64,000 nt of DNA, from NCBI GenBank assembly GCA_029227635.1, contig JAQYAH010000086.1, positions 26,160 through 90,159 of the forward strand. The letters are read 5' to 3'. The translations under genes and the position numbers were made by a program. The notes under the pieces were generated by a model, which was not told the origin of the DNA, did not search any database, and was given only the letters and a program-made list of their open reading frames with translations. Source of the DNA: Clostridiales bacterium. GTDB lineage: Bacteria > Bacillota > Clostridia > Lachnospirales > Lachnospiraceae. Shown here piece after piece: positions 36,646 through 45,707 of this stretch; position 1 is the first letter of the stretch, and every line of letters begins with the position of its first letter.

Positions 36646-37901
36646 TGACCCTATATGTGGTAATCGCCGGAATCGTTCTCTGTATTTTCCTGTCGTATTG
36701 TTTCTCTTCTTCCGAGATGGCTTTCTCTTCCAGCAACCTTATGCGCATACGCAAGCTGAGTGAAAACGGAAACCGCAAAGCAAAAAGAGCGAAAAAACTC
36801 ATTGAGAATTTTGACGATACTCTGGGAACGATCCTTATTGGCAACAACCTTGTAAATATCGCCTCCTCTTCCCTTGCCTCGGTACTTGTTGTACTGATAA
36901 CCGGGGGAGACGGGTATGCATGGATTGCCACCACTATAATAACCGTCCTGGTAATTATATTTGGAGAAACAATTCCGAAAATACTCGCCAAGAAAAACGC
37001 CAACCGGATGGCTCTTGGTTACTCCGGATTTATTAATCTGCTGAACGTGGTCCTGCACCCTTTTGTCTGGCTGGTCGTAAAAATAATCGATCTTATCACA
37101 AAGGGTATCAAAAGCGATGTAGATGAACGTGAAAATGCAGCAATCGAAGAACTCCAGACTATTGTCCGGACAGCTGAGCAGGAAAATGTTCTTGAGAAGA
37201 ACCAGGCACTGCTGATCCAGTCCTCTATCGATTTTGCAGATATTTACGCCTTTGAGGCAATGACCGCCCGGGTAGATATAGTATCTATTGATATTGATGA
37301 CGATTGGGATGAGATCGTAGATCTTATCGAAAACACCAATGCCTCAAGAATTCCGGTCTATGAAGACAGCATAGACAACATTATCGGAATACTATATGTA
37401 AACCACTTCCTCAAGGCGCTCACCGAAGCCGACGGACCTTTTGACCTAAAGAGCATTCTATTAACGCCCTGCTATGTATACAAGACCACTAAACTGCCCT
37501 CTGTGCTTACTGCTCTCAGAAAAGACAAGCAGCAGCTGGCTATTGTATCCGATGAGTACGGCGGCACAATGGGTGTTATCTCCCTTGAGGATGTAATGGA
37601 ACAGATCGTTGGCGAGATCTGGGATGAAACGGATACAGTAAAACTTGATATGGTACTCCGCCCTACCGGGGAGTATGAAGTAAATGGAGACATGGTGATA
37701 GCCGACTTTCTTGAGATCGTCGGTATCGATGAAGATGACTTTGATTTTGAATCTGAAACCGTTGGTGGCTGGGCCCTTGAATCCCTCCATCATTATCCTA
37801 AGCGTGGTGAATCCTTCAAATATCAAAATCTCCTCGTAAAAATCCTTGCCATGGATGGGCGTCGTGTAAAGCGGCTCTTAATAAAAATCAATAATAAATA
37901 G
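36645..37901 (+). CDS. CNNM/DUF21-CBS-CorC_HlyC family protein (tandem paralogue)
   Basis: Same architecture as the upstream gene (..SRIPVYEDSIDNIIGIL..). Its ATG overlaps the upstream stop. Confidence 0.88.
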   Translation: MTLYVVIAGIVLCIFLSYCFSSSEMAFSSSNLMRIRKLSENGNRKAKRAKKLIENFDDTLGTILIGNNLVNIASSSLASVLVVLITGGDGYAWIATTIITVLVIIFGETIPKILAKKNANRMALGYSGFINLLNVVLHPFVWLVVKIIDLITKGIKSDVDERENAAIEELQTIVRTAEQENVLEKNQALLIQSSIDFADIYAFEAMTARVDIVSIDIDDDWDEIVDLIENTNASRIPVYEDSIDNIIGILYVNHFLKALTEADGPFDLKSILLTPCYVYKTTKLPSVLTALRKDKQQLAIVSDEYGGTMGVISLEDVMEQIVGEIWDETDTVKLDMVLRPTGEYEVNGDMVIADFLEIVGIDEDDFDFESETVGGWALESLHHYPKRGESFKYQNLLVKILAMDGRRVKRLLIKINNK

Positions 37902-37922
37902 TTTTGCAAAGGAGAAACTGTA

Positions 37923-38804
37923 ATGTACAAAAGAAGATGGGGCGACCGGCGTGACGGCAGATGGGTACGTGAGATGAAAGGCCTGAACACGATCCTTGGT
38001 CACTTGCTGCCTAACAGAACCGATTGTGAAGTATTCCTCAACGAGAAGCTGGATGCCACCGAGCTTGTGAATTATCTCGAGCAAAAGCGTCTCGACAACC
38101 CGGATATCCGGCTCACGTTATTTCACTGTTTTGTTACTGCTTTTGCCCGAATGGTCAATGAACGGCCTTTGATGAATCGCTTCGTTCAGGGTCGCCGCAC
38201 CTATGAGCGGTATGAGACTTCCCTTGCTTTTGTCGCAAAACGGCAGTTCTCCGAAAAAGCTGAAGAATCCCTTATATTTCTGATTCCAAAGTCTACCGAT
38301 ACCGTAACTGATATTGCAAAGAAGATCGTAGGTGATGTAAAGGATATCCGTGAGAAAGGCAATGAAACCGGAGGAATTGACAATATTGTAGATGCACTGG
38401 CAAAACTCCCCCGTCCCATTCTGATGTTCATCATCAAGATTATCAGGATTATGGACTACTGGGGAATTAATCCCAGGTTTCTCACCGACGGAGACCCTAA
38501 CTATGCTTCAGTTTTCATAACAAACCTTGGAAGCATTAAATGTCCTGCTGTTTATCACCATCTTAATAATTATGGAACCAACAGCATTATGGTTGCCATC
38601 GGAACTCTTCATGACGAAGAGCTTGTAATGCCGGATGGTCACAAAGAAATCCGTAAAGTTGTCGAGATCGGTGCAACACTGGATGAGCGTATCGCAGATG
38701 GATTCTATTTTGCGAGAAGCCTCAAGCTTGTGAAACACATCCTGTCCCACCCCGAGCTGTTAGATGTTCCTCTAAATGTCAACAGCGGTTTCGCATACGA
38801 ATAA
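37923..38804 (+). CDS. 2-oxoacid dehydrogenase acyltransferase catalytic-domain-like protein (stand-alone, no lipoyl domain)
   Basis: 293 aa. The C-terminal region reads ..IGATLDERIADGFYFARS, which aligns by eye with the E2/CAT DHRxxDG motif. Confidence 0.55.
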   Translation: MYKRRWGDRRDGRWVREMKGLNTILGHLLPNRTDCEVFLNEKLDATELVNYLEQKRLDNPDIRLTLFHCFVTAFARMVNERPLMNRFVQGRRTYERYETSLAFVAKRQFSEKAEESLIFLIPKSTDTVTDIAKKIVGDVKDIREKGNETGGIDNIVDALAKLPRPILMFIIKIIRIMDYWGINPRFLTDGDPNYASVFITNLGSIKCPAVYHHLNNYGTNSIMVAIGTLHDEELVMPDGHKEIRKVVEIGATLDERIADGFYFARSLKLVKHILSHPELLDVPLNVNSGFAYE

Positions 38805-38819
38805 TAACAGGATCAGCTA

Positions 38820-39767
38820 ATGAAGTTTTATTTTGCCCCACTTGAGGGATTAACGGGATATGTATACAGAAACGCCCATGCCAAATACTTTCCCGGTTTG
38901 GATAAATACTATACTCCGTTTTTACAAACTCACCCCACCGGAAAATATAAGCATAAAGAACTTCGGGACATAACCCCCGAGAACAACAGCGGCAAGACAG
39001 TAGTCCCCCAGATCCTTACTAATAACGGGGAACTCTTTGTTGCTTCGGTTAAAACCTTGGTTGACTTCGGCTACAAGGAAGTCAACCTGAATCTGGGTTG
39101 TCCTTCTAAAACTGTCGTTCCAAAACGCAGAGGTTCCGGTTTCCTGGTGAATCCGGATGAATTAGACAGATTTTTCGATACTGTTTTTGATTCCCTGGCA
39201 AATACCAGGGTAAACATCTCTGTAAAAACCAGAATTGGTCTAAACGATGAGTCCGAAGCTGAGAATATCTTCCCAGTGTACGAGAAGTATCCTATCTCTG
39301 AGCTCATTATCCATCCGAGAACCCAGAAGGATATGTACAAAAACCATCCACACCTGGATGTATTTGAAGATATCTTCAACAGTTCAAAGCTAAACATCTG
39401 TTATAACGGAGATATCTGTACCCTCAAGGATTATGAATCGATCACCGCTCATTTTCCTTCTTTGGAATCTGTGATGATTGGACGAGGACTGCTTGCTGAT
39501 CCGGCCTTAGTTCGCCGAATCAAAGGCGGAGCCCCCGCTGACAAAGCTGAACTTAGATCCTATATTGATGAAATATACAATGGTTACATTCTTGACTATG
39601 GCGCTGGAAGAACGCCTATAGGCCGAATGAAAGAGCTGTGGTTTTATCTCGAGAGATCTTTTTTCGATGACAAGAAAGCATATAAGAGCATAAAGAAAGC
39701 CAGGTATCCTGACGAATACCTGGCCGCCGTAAATGAAATGTTCTCGCTCCCTCTTGTCTTAGGCTAG
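38820..39767 (+). CDS. tRNA-dihydrouridine synthase family protein
   Basis: FAPLEGLTGYVYR..EVNLNLGCPS..ELIIHPRT are Dus TIM-barrel motifs. Confidence 0.8.
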   Translation: MKFYFAPLEGLTGYVYRNAHAKYFPGLDKYYTPFLQTHPTGKYKHKELRDITPENNSGKTVVPQILTNNGELFVASVKTLVDFGYKEVNLNLGCPSKTVVPKRRGSGFLVNPDELDRFFDTVFDSLANTRVNISVKTRIGLNDESEAENIFPVYEKYPISELIIHPRTQKDMYKNHPHLDVFEDIFNSSKLNICYNGDICTLKDYESITAHFPSLESVMIGRGLLADPALVRRIKGGAPADKAELRSYIDEIYNGYILDYGAGRTPIGRMKELWFYLERSFFDDKKAYKSIKKARYPDEYLAAVNEMFSLPLVLG

Positions 39768-39777
39768 AGTTCCGGTA

Positions 39778-40620
39778 CTAATACGATACTATGATTCCGC
39801 CGTCGTTTGCATACACTGTGCTGACGCCGGCGGTGTTAGTAACATAATAGTCCTTGAAGCTCACCATCTTCTTTACTTCTCTAATTACAAATTCCGCTCT
39901 CTCCCTGCAGTTACAATGTGCTATTGCGAAAATTCTCTTCTCAGGATTCTTAACATTAAGAGCACAATTTGCTGCCATCTTCTGAAGTGCTCTCTTTGTT
40001 CCTCTCTCCTGCCCGACTTTAACTATCACCCCGTGATCACCTGCCATAAGAGGCTTAATATTGAGCACTGAAGCCACTAGCGCTGTCAGGCCGGTGAGCC
40101 GTCCATTCTTTCGCAGAGTCTCAAGATTATCCAGAACAAAATATGTTGTCTGATTATAAATGTATTCCGCAACCTGCTCACACACCTCTTCGAAGGACAT
40201 ACCCTCCCTCTCGAGTTCCATAATCTTCATTGCGATAAGGGTCTCACCTACACTGGCAGAGTCAGAACTGAACACCGCGATCTTCTTACCATCCTCTTCA
40301 TGCTCCTCATAGTACATCTCTCTGCCAAGAGTAGCTGCATTGAAGGAACCGCTGAGATGCTGAGAAAGTGTAACACAGTATACTCTCTCCTCCTCACCTT
40401 CATAAGCCTCCATAAATGCCTGAGGCGAAGGACAAGCTGTCTTCGCGGCATCCTCACATTCACTCACCGCTTTAAGGAATGAACCCTGATCAAAGTTCTC
40501 ATCGTCTGTTACTCTCATTCCTCCGACTTCCAAAATCAGAGGAACCAACTTAATCTTCCCTGTTGCCAGAAGTTCAGGTGTACAATCCATGCAGCTGTCG
40601 CCAATAATCTTGTAACTCAT
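39778..40620 (-). CDS. DegV family fatty-acid-binding protein
   Basis: MSYKIIGDSCMD..; 280 aa, typical DegV length and N-terminus. Confidence 0.8.
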   Translation of the reverse strand: MSYKIIGDSCMDCTPELLATGKIKLVPLILEVGGMRVTDDENFDQGSFLKAVSECEDAAKTACPSPQAFMEAYEGEEERVYCVTLSQHLSGSFNAATLGREMYYEEHEEDGKKIAVFSSDSASVGETLIAMKIMELEREGMSFEEVCEQVAEYIYNQTTYFVLDNLETLRKNGRLTGLTALVASVLNIKPLMAGDHGVIVKVGQERGTKRALQKMAANCALNVKNPEKRIFAIAHCNCRERAEFVIREVKKMVSFKDYYVTNTAGVSTVYANDGGIIVSY

Positions 40621-40723
40621 GTCTTATTACCATTCTCGTTTCTATAAGATTTTTAAAAACCGTACACAGGTTTTTGCACCTCAATTATACCTGTATCCCT
40701 GACTCTTGTCTAGAAATAAGTTG

Positions 40724-43120
40724 TCAGTCAGCGTAGAAGATTCGCCCGGCTGCACCAAACAGCCTGTCCGCTTCCTCTATTGATATTTCTCCCGCTTCTT
40801 TGGTTTTAAGATTCAGATATGAGAAGTTCTCATTGTCATAACCATAGAGCAGATACTCTGTGTCCGCACTTACCTTTGCACGTATCGGTTTATCCTGATT
40901 TATTACGTAACACAGCTGCTCTGCCAGAACTCCGGACAGGTCCAGCTTGCCTTCGGGAACATCCGCTACATTCACATCCTCGATCTCGTACACGAGATCT
41001 CGGTTACCTCTTTCCCAGACATAAGTACCATCATTCTTTACCACCACTCCCCGGTATTCATCTGCTGCCGTAATCGCTTCTCCGGCCTTTTCAAAAATAC
41101 CCAGAAGCCGGCCATAGCCGTAAGCATAGTAAAGTTCTACTTCTTTTTTTGGAAGAGAATCATCAAGCGCTACCGTAAGATACTTTGACTCAACATTGAT
41201 GACCTTCTTTATTGCCGCGCTCTGGCTTGTCAGCCCATCAGAGTATTCAAGCCGGATCACGTTTAATCTCTTTTCGTCTGTCCAATGTCCCTTTTCAACA
41301 GATCGAGAATCTGCCGCCTCGTTGTTAGTGATATAATCTTCTCCATTGCTCACATAGTGACCGGCCTCCAGTTTTGCCTGCATTAAGGTCACCATTTTGC
41401 TGTCTGTATAGGCATCTAAGTAGAAAACATCCTCATTTTCCATAGTCTTGAGGACAGTTCCCTCCCGATCCTCAATTATGATTTTATACATGGGGATGAC
41501 ATCCTCACCCGACTCATCCGGCTTGGCATCCTTGTCAGCTTTCACACCATATACAAAATCTTCATTGATAAAACCGATTGCCAAAAGGCTCTCATTCATG
41601 GACGAAGTAATGGTTCTGCTCTCTCCGGAAACCATATTCAGCACAATCAGTCCCCCGGCTCCGTTGGGCGCAGGGTAAGCCGCATAACCGGATTCAACTG
41701 ACATTACGCATCGGGCTTCGGGTTCATTAGAAATAATGGATACATCCCCATTCTCCCCGCTAATCTTTATCAGTGCATTCTCCCAGATAAGATATACTTC
41801 CCCATCACCTCTGTTATAGTAGATGCTGTCTGACTCCTTGTATTCCAAAAACTCCTCACCCTGAGTAGAGGATAAGAAGATTATGGTCTCCACCTCTCTT
41901 GTCTCCTCGGAAAAAGAACATACCCTTATTCCGTTCTGACCTTCCAGCTCTCCGTTATCCTGGTATCCGACCACAACAAAGATGAGCTCACCTTTGGCAT
42001 TCACGGAAACCGGAAATACACTTGAAGTACTCTTTGTGAAATACTCCCGGCTTCGTACCGCCCCCTGATATACACAGGTTATTGCGTTAAGATCCTTGTT
42101 ATAGAGCCAAATCTGACCATCTTTTGCAAAAGCAAGGTGAGTACTGTCATAATCACTGCAAAATGAAGTCTTATTGCCGGTGATGCCAAGCTCGATTCCC
42201 TTGGATCCGGATGTTCCCCGAACTTCGTCAAAAACCTCCTCCACGGTTCTCTCGAAGCTGAGCATAAACATACCCACGTCTCCAGTTCTCACCCGGTAAA
42301 ACTCCTCCACATGCATAGTTCTTGCCGGGTCCAAACCATTACAGGTCACCGTATACTGGAGTACCAAGCTGGTATAAGCTTCCTTAGTCTCTTTGATAGT
42401 ACAGGTGATATTTTCCGGTTCTGTGGGCGCAAGTTCACCCCAGAGGGCCTGATCGACTGAAGAATTCATGGTAACATTTGCATAGGTGTTTTTGTCTGAC
42501 AATTCGTTCGGCTCCATATAGCCGGAAATGTATCCACCATTGCCTCTATCTACGGCTTTTTTACAGAATTCCTCCGCAAAAGCCGCACAGTTGTAAGTGT
42601 TAAGTGCCGGGCTCCTTGTAAGCCTGGTGTAATAATAGACTTTCTCGTCCTTGGAAAGAGTTACTGTTAGACAAAGCTCCACCTCGGCCTGATCTCTCCA
42701 GAAGTCCCCAAACCGGAACGTCTGAGTCAGCCTTCCATCCTCCATTTTCTCAGGAACAAAGTCACCGCTCTCCAGCACCTCACTGCAGGAGAGGTCTTTT
42801 ATCTCGTATTCCACCGACTTGACTTTAGTCTTTTCGGGAGCATCAATATACATAGTAAGAGAGTGGGTTCCACCGGTAGCAATCACCGCATCTCTCATTG
42901 TGGTAATATCCATCTCCTGAAGGTATCCGTGAAGAGGATTCACCTCCAGATCTTCTCCCAGCTTGAAGCTGATAATGGGAAGTCTGGTACTTTCATCAGT
43001 TTCTTCTCCCACATCCCTTTGGATAAAAAAGAACACAAATGCTGCAATAGCTCCTCCAAGGAGTAGCAGTGTTGATATTATCATCAGAATATGCTTTTTC
43101 TTTATGGGAATCACCTCCAT
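40724..43120 (-). CDS. large (798 aa) N-terminally anchored extracytoplasmic protein of unknown function
   Basis: A single N-terminal TM (ILMIISTLLLLGGAIAAFVFFFI) is followed by about 760 aa in which I recognise no motif. Confidence 0.6.
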   Translation of the reverse strand: MEVIPIKKKHILMIISTLLLLGGAIAAFVFFFIQRDVGEETDESTRLPIISFKLGEDLEVNPLHGYLQEMDITTMRDAVIATGGTHSLTMYIDAPEKTKVKSVEYEIKDLSCSEVLESGDFVPEKMEDGRLTQTFRFGDFWRDQAEVELCLTVTLSKDEKVYYYTRLTRSPALNTYNCAAFAEEFCKKAVDRGNGGYISGYMEPNELSDKNTYANVTMNSSVDQALWGELAPTEPENITCTIKETKEAYTSLVLQYTVTCNGLDPARTMHVEEFYRVRTGDVGMFMLSFERTVEEVFDEVRGTSGSKGIELGITGNKTSFCSDYDSTHLAFAKDGQIWLYNKDLNAITCVYQGAVRSREYFTKSTSSVFPVSVNAKGELIFVVVGYQDNGELEGQNGIRVCSFSEETREVETIIFLSSTQGEEFLEYKESDSIYYNRGDGEVYLIWENALIKISGENGDVSIISNEPEARCVMSVESGYAAYPAPNGAGGLIVLNMVSGESRTITSSMNESLLAIGFINEDFVYGVKADKDAKPDESGEDVIPMYKIIIEDREGTVLKTMENEDVFYLDAYTDSKMVTLMQAKLEAGHYVSNGEDYITNNEAADSRSVEKGHWTDEKRLNVIRLEYSDGLTSQSAAIKKVINVESKYLTVALDDSLPKKEVELYYAYGYGRLLGIFEKAGEAITAADEYRGVVVKNDGTYVWERGNRDLVYEIEDVNVADVPEGKLDLSGVLAEQLCYVINQDKPIRAKVSADTEYLLYGYDNENFSYLNLKTKEAGEISIEEADRLFGAAGRIFYAD

Positions 43121-43162
43121 TAGTAAAACACCTCAAGCAATCTTGAGGTGTTAAGTACTTAG

Positions 43163-44101
43163 CTATTCAGATATTTTGTCTATTCTGGGCTCAATCCAAG
43201 AAATAATATCTTGGTACACTTCTTCCTTATTGGTCTCGTTAAGGATCTCGTGTCTGGCACCGGGATAAAGCCTGCAGGTAACATCGATCATGCCCGCAGA
43301 CTGAAACTTGTTGGCCACTTTATGAACTGCCTTGCCATATGATCCTACAGGATCTTCTTCTCCGGATAATATAATTACCGGCAAAGTCTTAGGCATTCTC
43401 TTCCAGTTGTCCTTCTTCTTAAGGAATCGCATTCCCTTAAACATCTCAAAAAACGCCCGGTTCGTGAACATACCACCGCACTTCTCATCTTCAACGTAGG
43501 CATTCACCACCACCGGATCTCTCGAAAGCCATTCAAATCCGGTGGTACCGTCAATAAAGCGTTTGTTGTTGCTTCCCAGAGCCATTGCTGTCAAAAGCCG
43601 ACTGTGATGCGTCTCCCCCTGGATCCGGCACTTTACCTTTGCGATAATACTACCTGCAATAAGGGCAACCGAAGGCTGATCACCGGTACCTATCACCAGA
43701 GCACCTGCGAGGCCTTCTCCTTCAATGCACAGATACTGGCGAAGCAGGAAGGATCCCATACTGTGTCCCAACATGAAATAGGGAACATTAGGATATCTTC
43801 TTGCCGTCATCTGACGAAGTGTGTGAATATCTTTCAAAAGAATACGGTTGCCGCCGACGGGAAAATGCCAGAGATCCTCAGGCTCAGCAATAGATCTTCC
43901 ATGACCAAGATGATCATTGCCGGTAACCAGAATTCCTCTCTTCGTCATCTCCCTGGCAAAGTCCTCATACCGTTCAATGTGCTCCACCATACCATGAGAA
44001 ATCTGCAAAACCGCAGTTATGGGAATATCCGGCACATATCTGCAACAGTGGATCTCTGTTCTTTTGTCTGCTGACGGAAAATTGAACTCTTCGATTTTCA
44101 T
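43163..44101 (-). CDS. alpha/beta hydrolase (lysophospholipase/monoacylglycerol lipase-like)
   Basis: HGMVEH.. oxyanion region and the nucleophile elbow GHSMGS. Confidence 0.8.
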   Translation of the reverse strand: MKIEEFNFPSADKRTEIHCCRYVPDIPITAVLQISHGMVEHIERYEDFAREMTKRGILVTGNDHLGHGRSIAEPEDLWHFPVGGNRILLKDIHTLRQMTARRYPNVPYFMLGHSMGSFLLRQYLCIEGEGLAGALVIGTGDQPSVALIAGSIIAKVKCRIQGETHHSRLLTAMALGSNNKRFIDGTTGFEWLSRDPVVVNAYVEDEKCGGMFTNRAFFEMFKGMRFLKKKDNWKRMPKTLPVIILSGEEDPVGSYGKAVHKVANKFQSAGMIDVTCRLYPGARHEILNETNKEEVYQDIISWIEPRIDKISE

Positions 44102-44120
44102 CGTAAAATCCTCATACTAG

Positions 44121-45557
44121 TTATCTGTCTTCCATTTTGATGTATTCGCGAACCGGACTTACCGGTTTGTAAGCCGGACGAATAATCTTATCGATGTTCT
44201 GAAGTTCCTCCATTCTGTGAGCACTCCAGCCGACAATTCTTGCAATTGCAAAAAGCGGAGTGTAGAGCTCTGTAGGAAGCCCAAGCATTGAATACATGAA
44301 TCCACTGTAAAAGTCAACGTTAGGGCTTACTCCCTTGAACATATGCCTCTTCTCGGCAATAAGCTCAGGTGCGATCCGCTCAACCAGTGAATAGAGTGCA
44401 AACTCCTCCTCACAATGCTTCTCTTGGACAAGATCTTTAACCATTGATCTGAGAACGTCCGCACGCGGGTCATTGATGGAATAAACCGCGTGACCGATAC
44501 CATAAATAAGGCCTTTTCGGTCAAATGCCTCTTTGTTAAGGATCTTGAGAAGATAATCTCTGACCTCCGCCTCATTGGTTATATCCTTAACATTTCTCTT
44601 GATGTCTTCAAACATGTGGGCAACCTTGATGTTAGCGCCACCGTGCTTAGGTCCCTTCAGGGAACCGAGAGCTGCTGCCACAACAGAATAGGTGTCGGTT
44701 CCGGAGGATGTAACAACATTTGTTGTAAAAGTAGAATTGTTACCACCGCCGTGATCCATATGAAGTACTAACGCTCTGTCCAGAATCTTTGCCTCAAGCT
44801 TAGTGTAATGATGATCCTTTCTGAGCATATAAAGTATGTTCTCTGCTGTTGAAAGTTCCGGCTTGGGGGCATAGATCGTAATATCATCACCCAATTTCTG
44901 GTAATTATAGGCATGATAGCTGTAAACAACCAGACGAGGCAGCTGTGCAATCAGGTTAAGACACTGCTTAAGCACGTTAGGGAGGCTGATATCGTCTGCA
45001 TCATTATCATAGGTGTAAAGCATTAAAACCGCTCTTGCCAGATTATTCATCATATCCCGGCTGGGTGCTTTCATGATTACATCTCTGGTAAAATTCTGAG
45101 GAAGATCTCGTCTCTGGGCCAAAATGCGACGGAATTCGCTCAGCTCCTCCTTGGTGGGAAGGGATCCGAACAGAAGAAGGTATGCTGTCTCTTCATATCC
45201 TGTACAACTATTCTCATCAAACCCTTTTACAATATCTTTGATCTCATATCCACGGAAGTATAATTTCCCTTCACAGGGAACTTCCTTGCCGTCTATGAGC
45301 TTCTTTGCCTGAATATCGGAAACGTTGGTGAGGCCGGCCAGAACACCTTTTCCGTACTGGTCTCTCAATCCGCTGTTAACGTTGTATTTCTTGTATAATT
45401 CACGATCAATTACGTTGTTCTGTTCACAAATAGCTGCTAACTCGCGGATTCGCGGTGTTACTCTCAGAAGGGCCGGGCCCAACTTCTTCTCGTCAATTAC
45501 AATCTGCTCTCTCGCTTCCTGATCAAGTTTCTGTACAATTGCATCTGTCTCGTTCAT
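44121..45557 (-). CDS. citrate synthase (Si-type family)
   Basis: ..LVLHMDHGGGNNSTF.., GIGHAVY.. and the C-terminal D..Y region. Start at MNETD (AGGAGA 8 nt upstream). Confidence 0.88.
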   Translation of the reverse strand: MNETDAIVQKLDQEAREQIVIDEKKLGPALLRVTPRIRELAAICEQNNVIDRELYKKYNVNSGLRDQYGKGVLAGLTNVSDIQAKKLIDGKEVPCEGKLYFRGYEIKDIVKGFDENSCTGYEETAYLLLFGSLPTKEELSEFRRILAQRRDLPQNFTRDVIMKAPSRDMMNNLARAVLMLYTYDNDADDISLPNVLKQCLNLIAQLPRLVVYSYHAYNYQKLGDDITIYAPKPELSTAENILYMLRKDHHYTKLEAKILDRALVLHMDHGGGNNSTFTTNVVTSSGTDTYSVVAAALGSLKGPKHGGANIKVAHMFEDIKRNVKDITNEAEVRDYLLKILNKEAFDRKGLIYGIGHAVYSINDPRADVLRSMVKDLVQEKHCEEEFALYSLVERIAPELIAEKRHMFKGVSPNVDFYSGFMYSMLGLPTELYTPLFAIARIVGWSAHRMEELQNIDKIIRPAYKPVSPVREYIKMEDR

Positions 45558-45642
45558 GAGCCTTTCTCCTTTCGCTAGTATATCCAAATTATTATATCAT
45601 CCAAAAAATATTTTGAAAAGAAAAGCTTTATTAAATCAGAAC

Positions 45643-45678
45643 GAGGTCATGAAAAAACACAAGTTCTTTCATGACCTC
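45643..45678 (-). terminator. hairpin after aconitase (weak T-tract)
   Basis: GAGGTCATGAAA..TTTCATGACCTC forms a 12-bp stem. The downstream tract is only moderately T-rich. Confidence 0.5.
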
Positions 45679-45707
45679 TGATAGCTTTAACAACCGAACG
45701 CTTTCAG

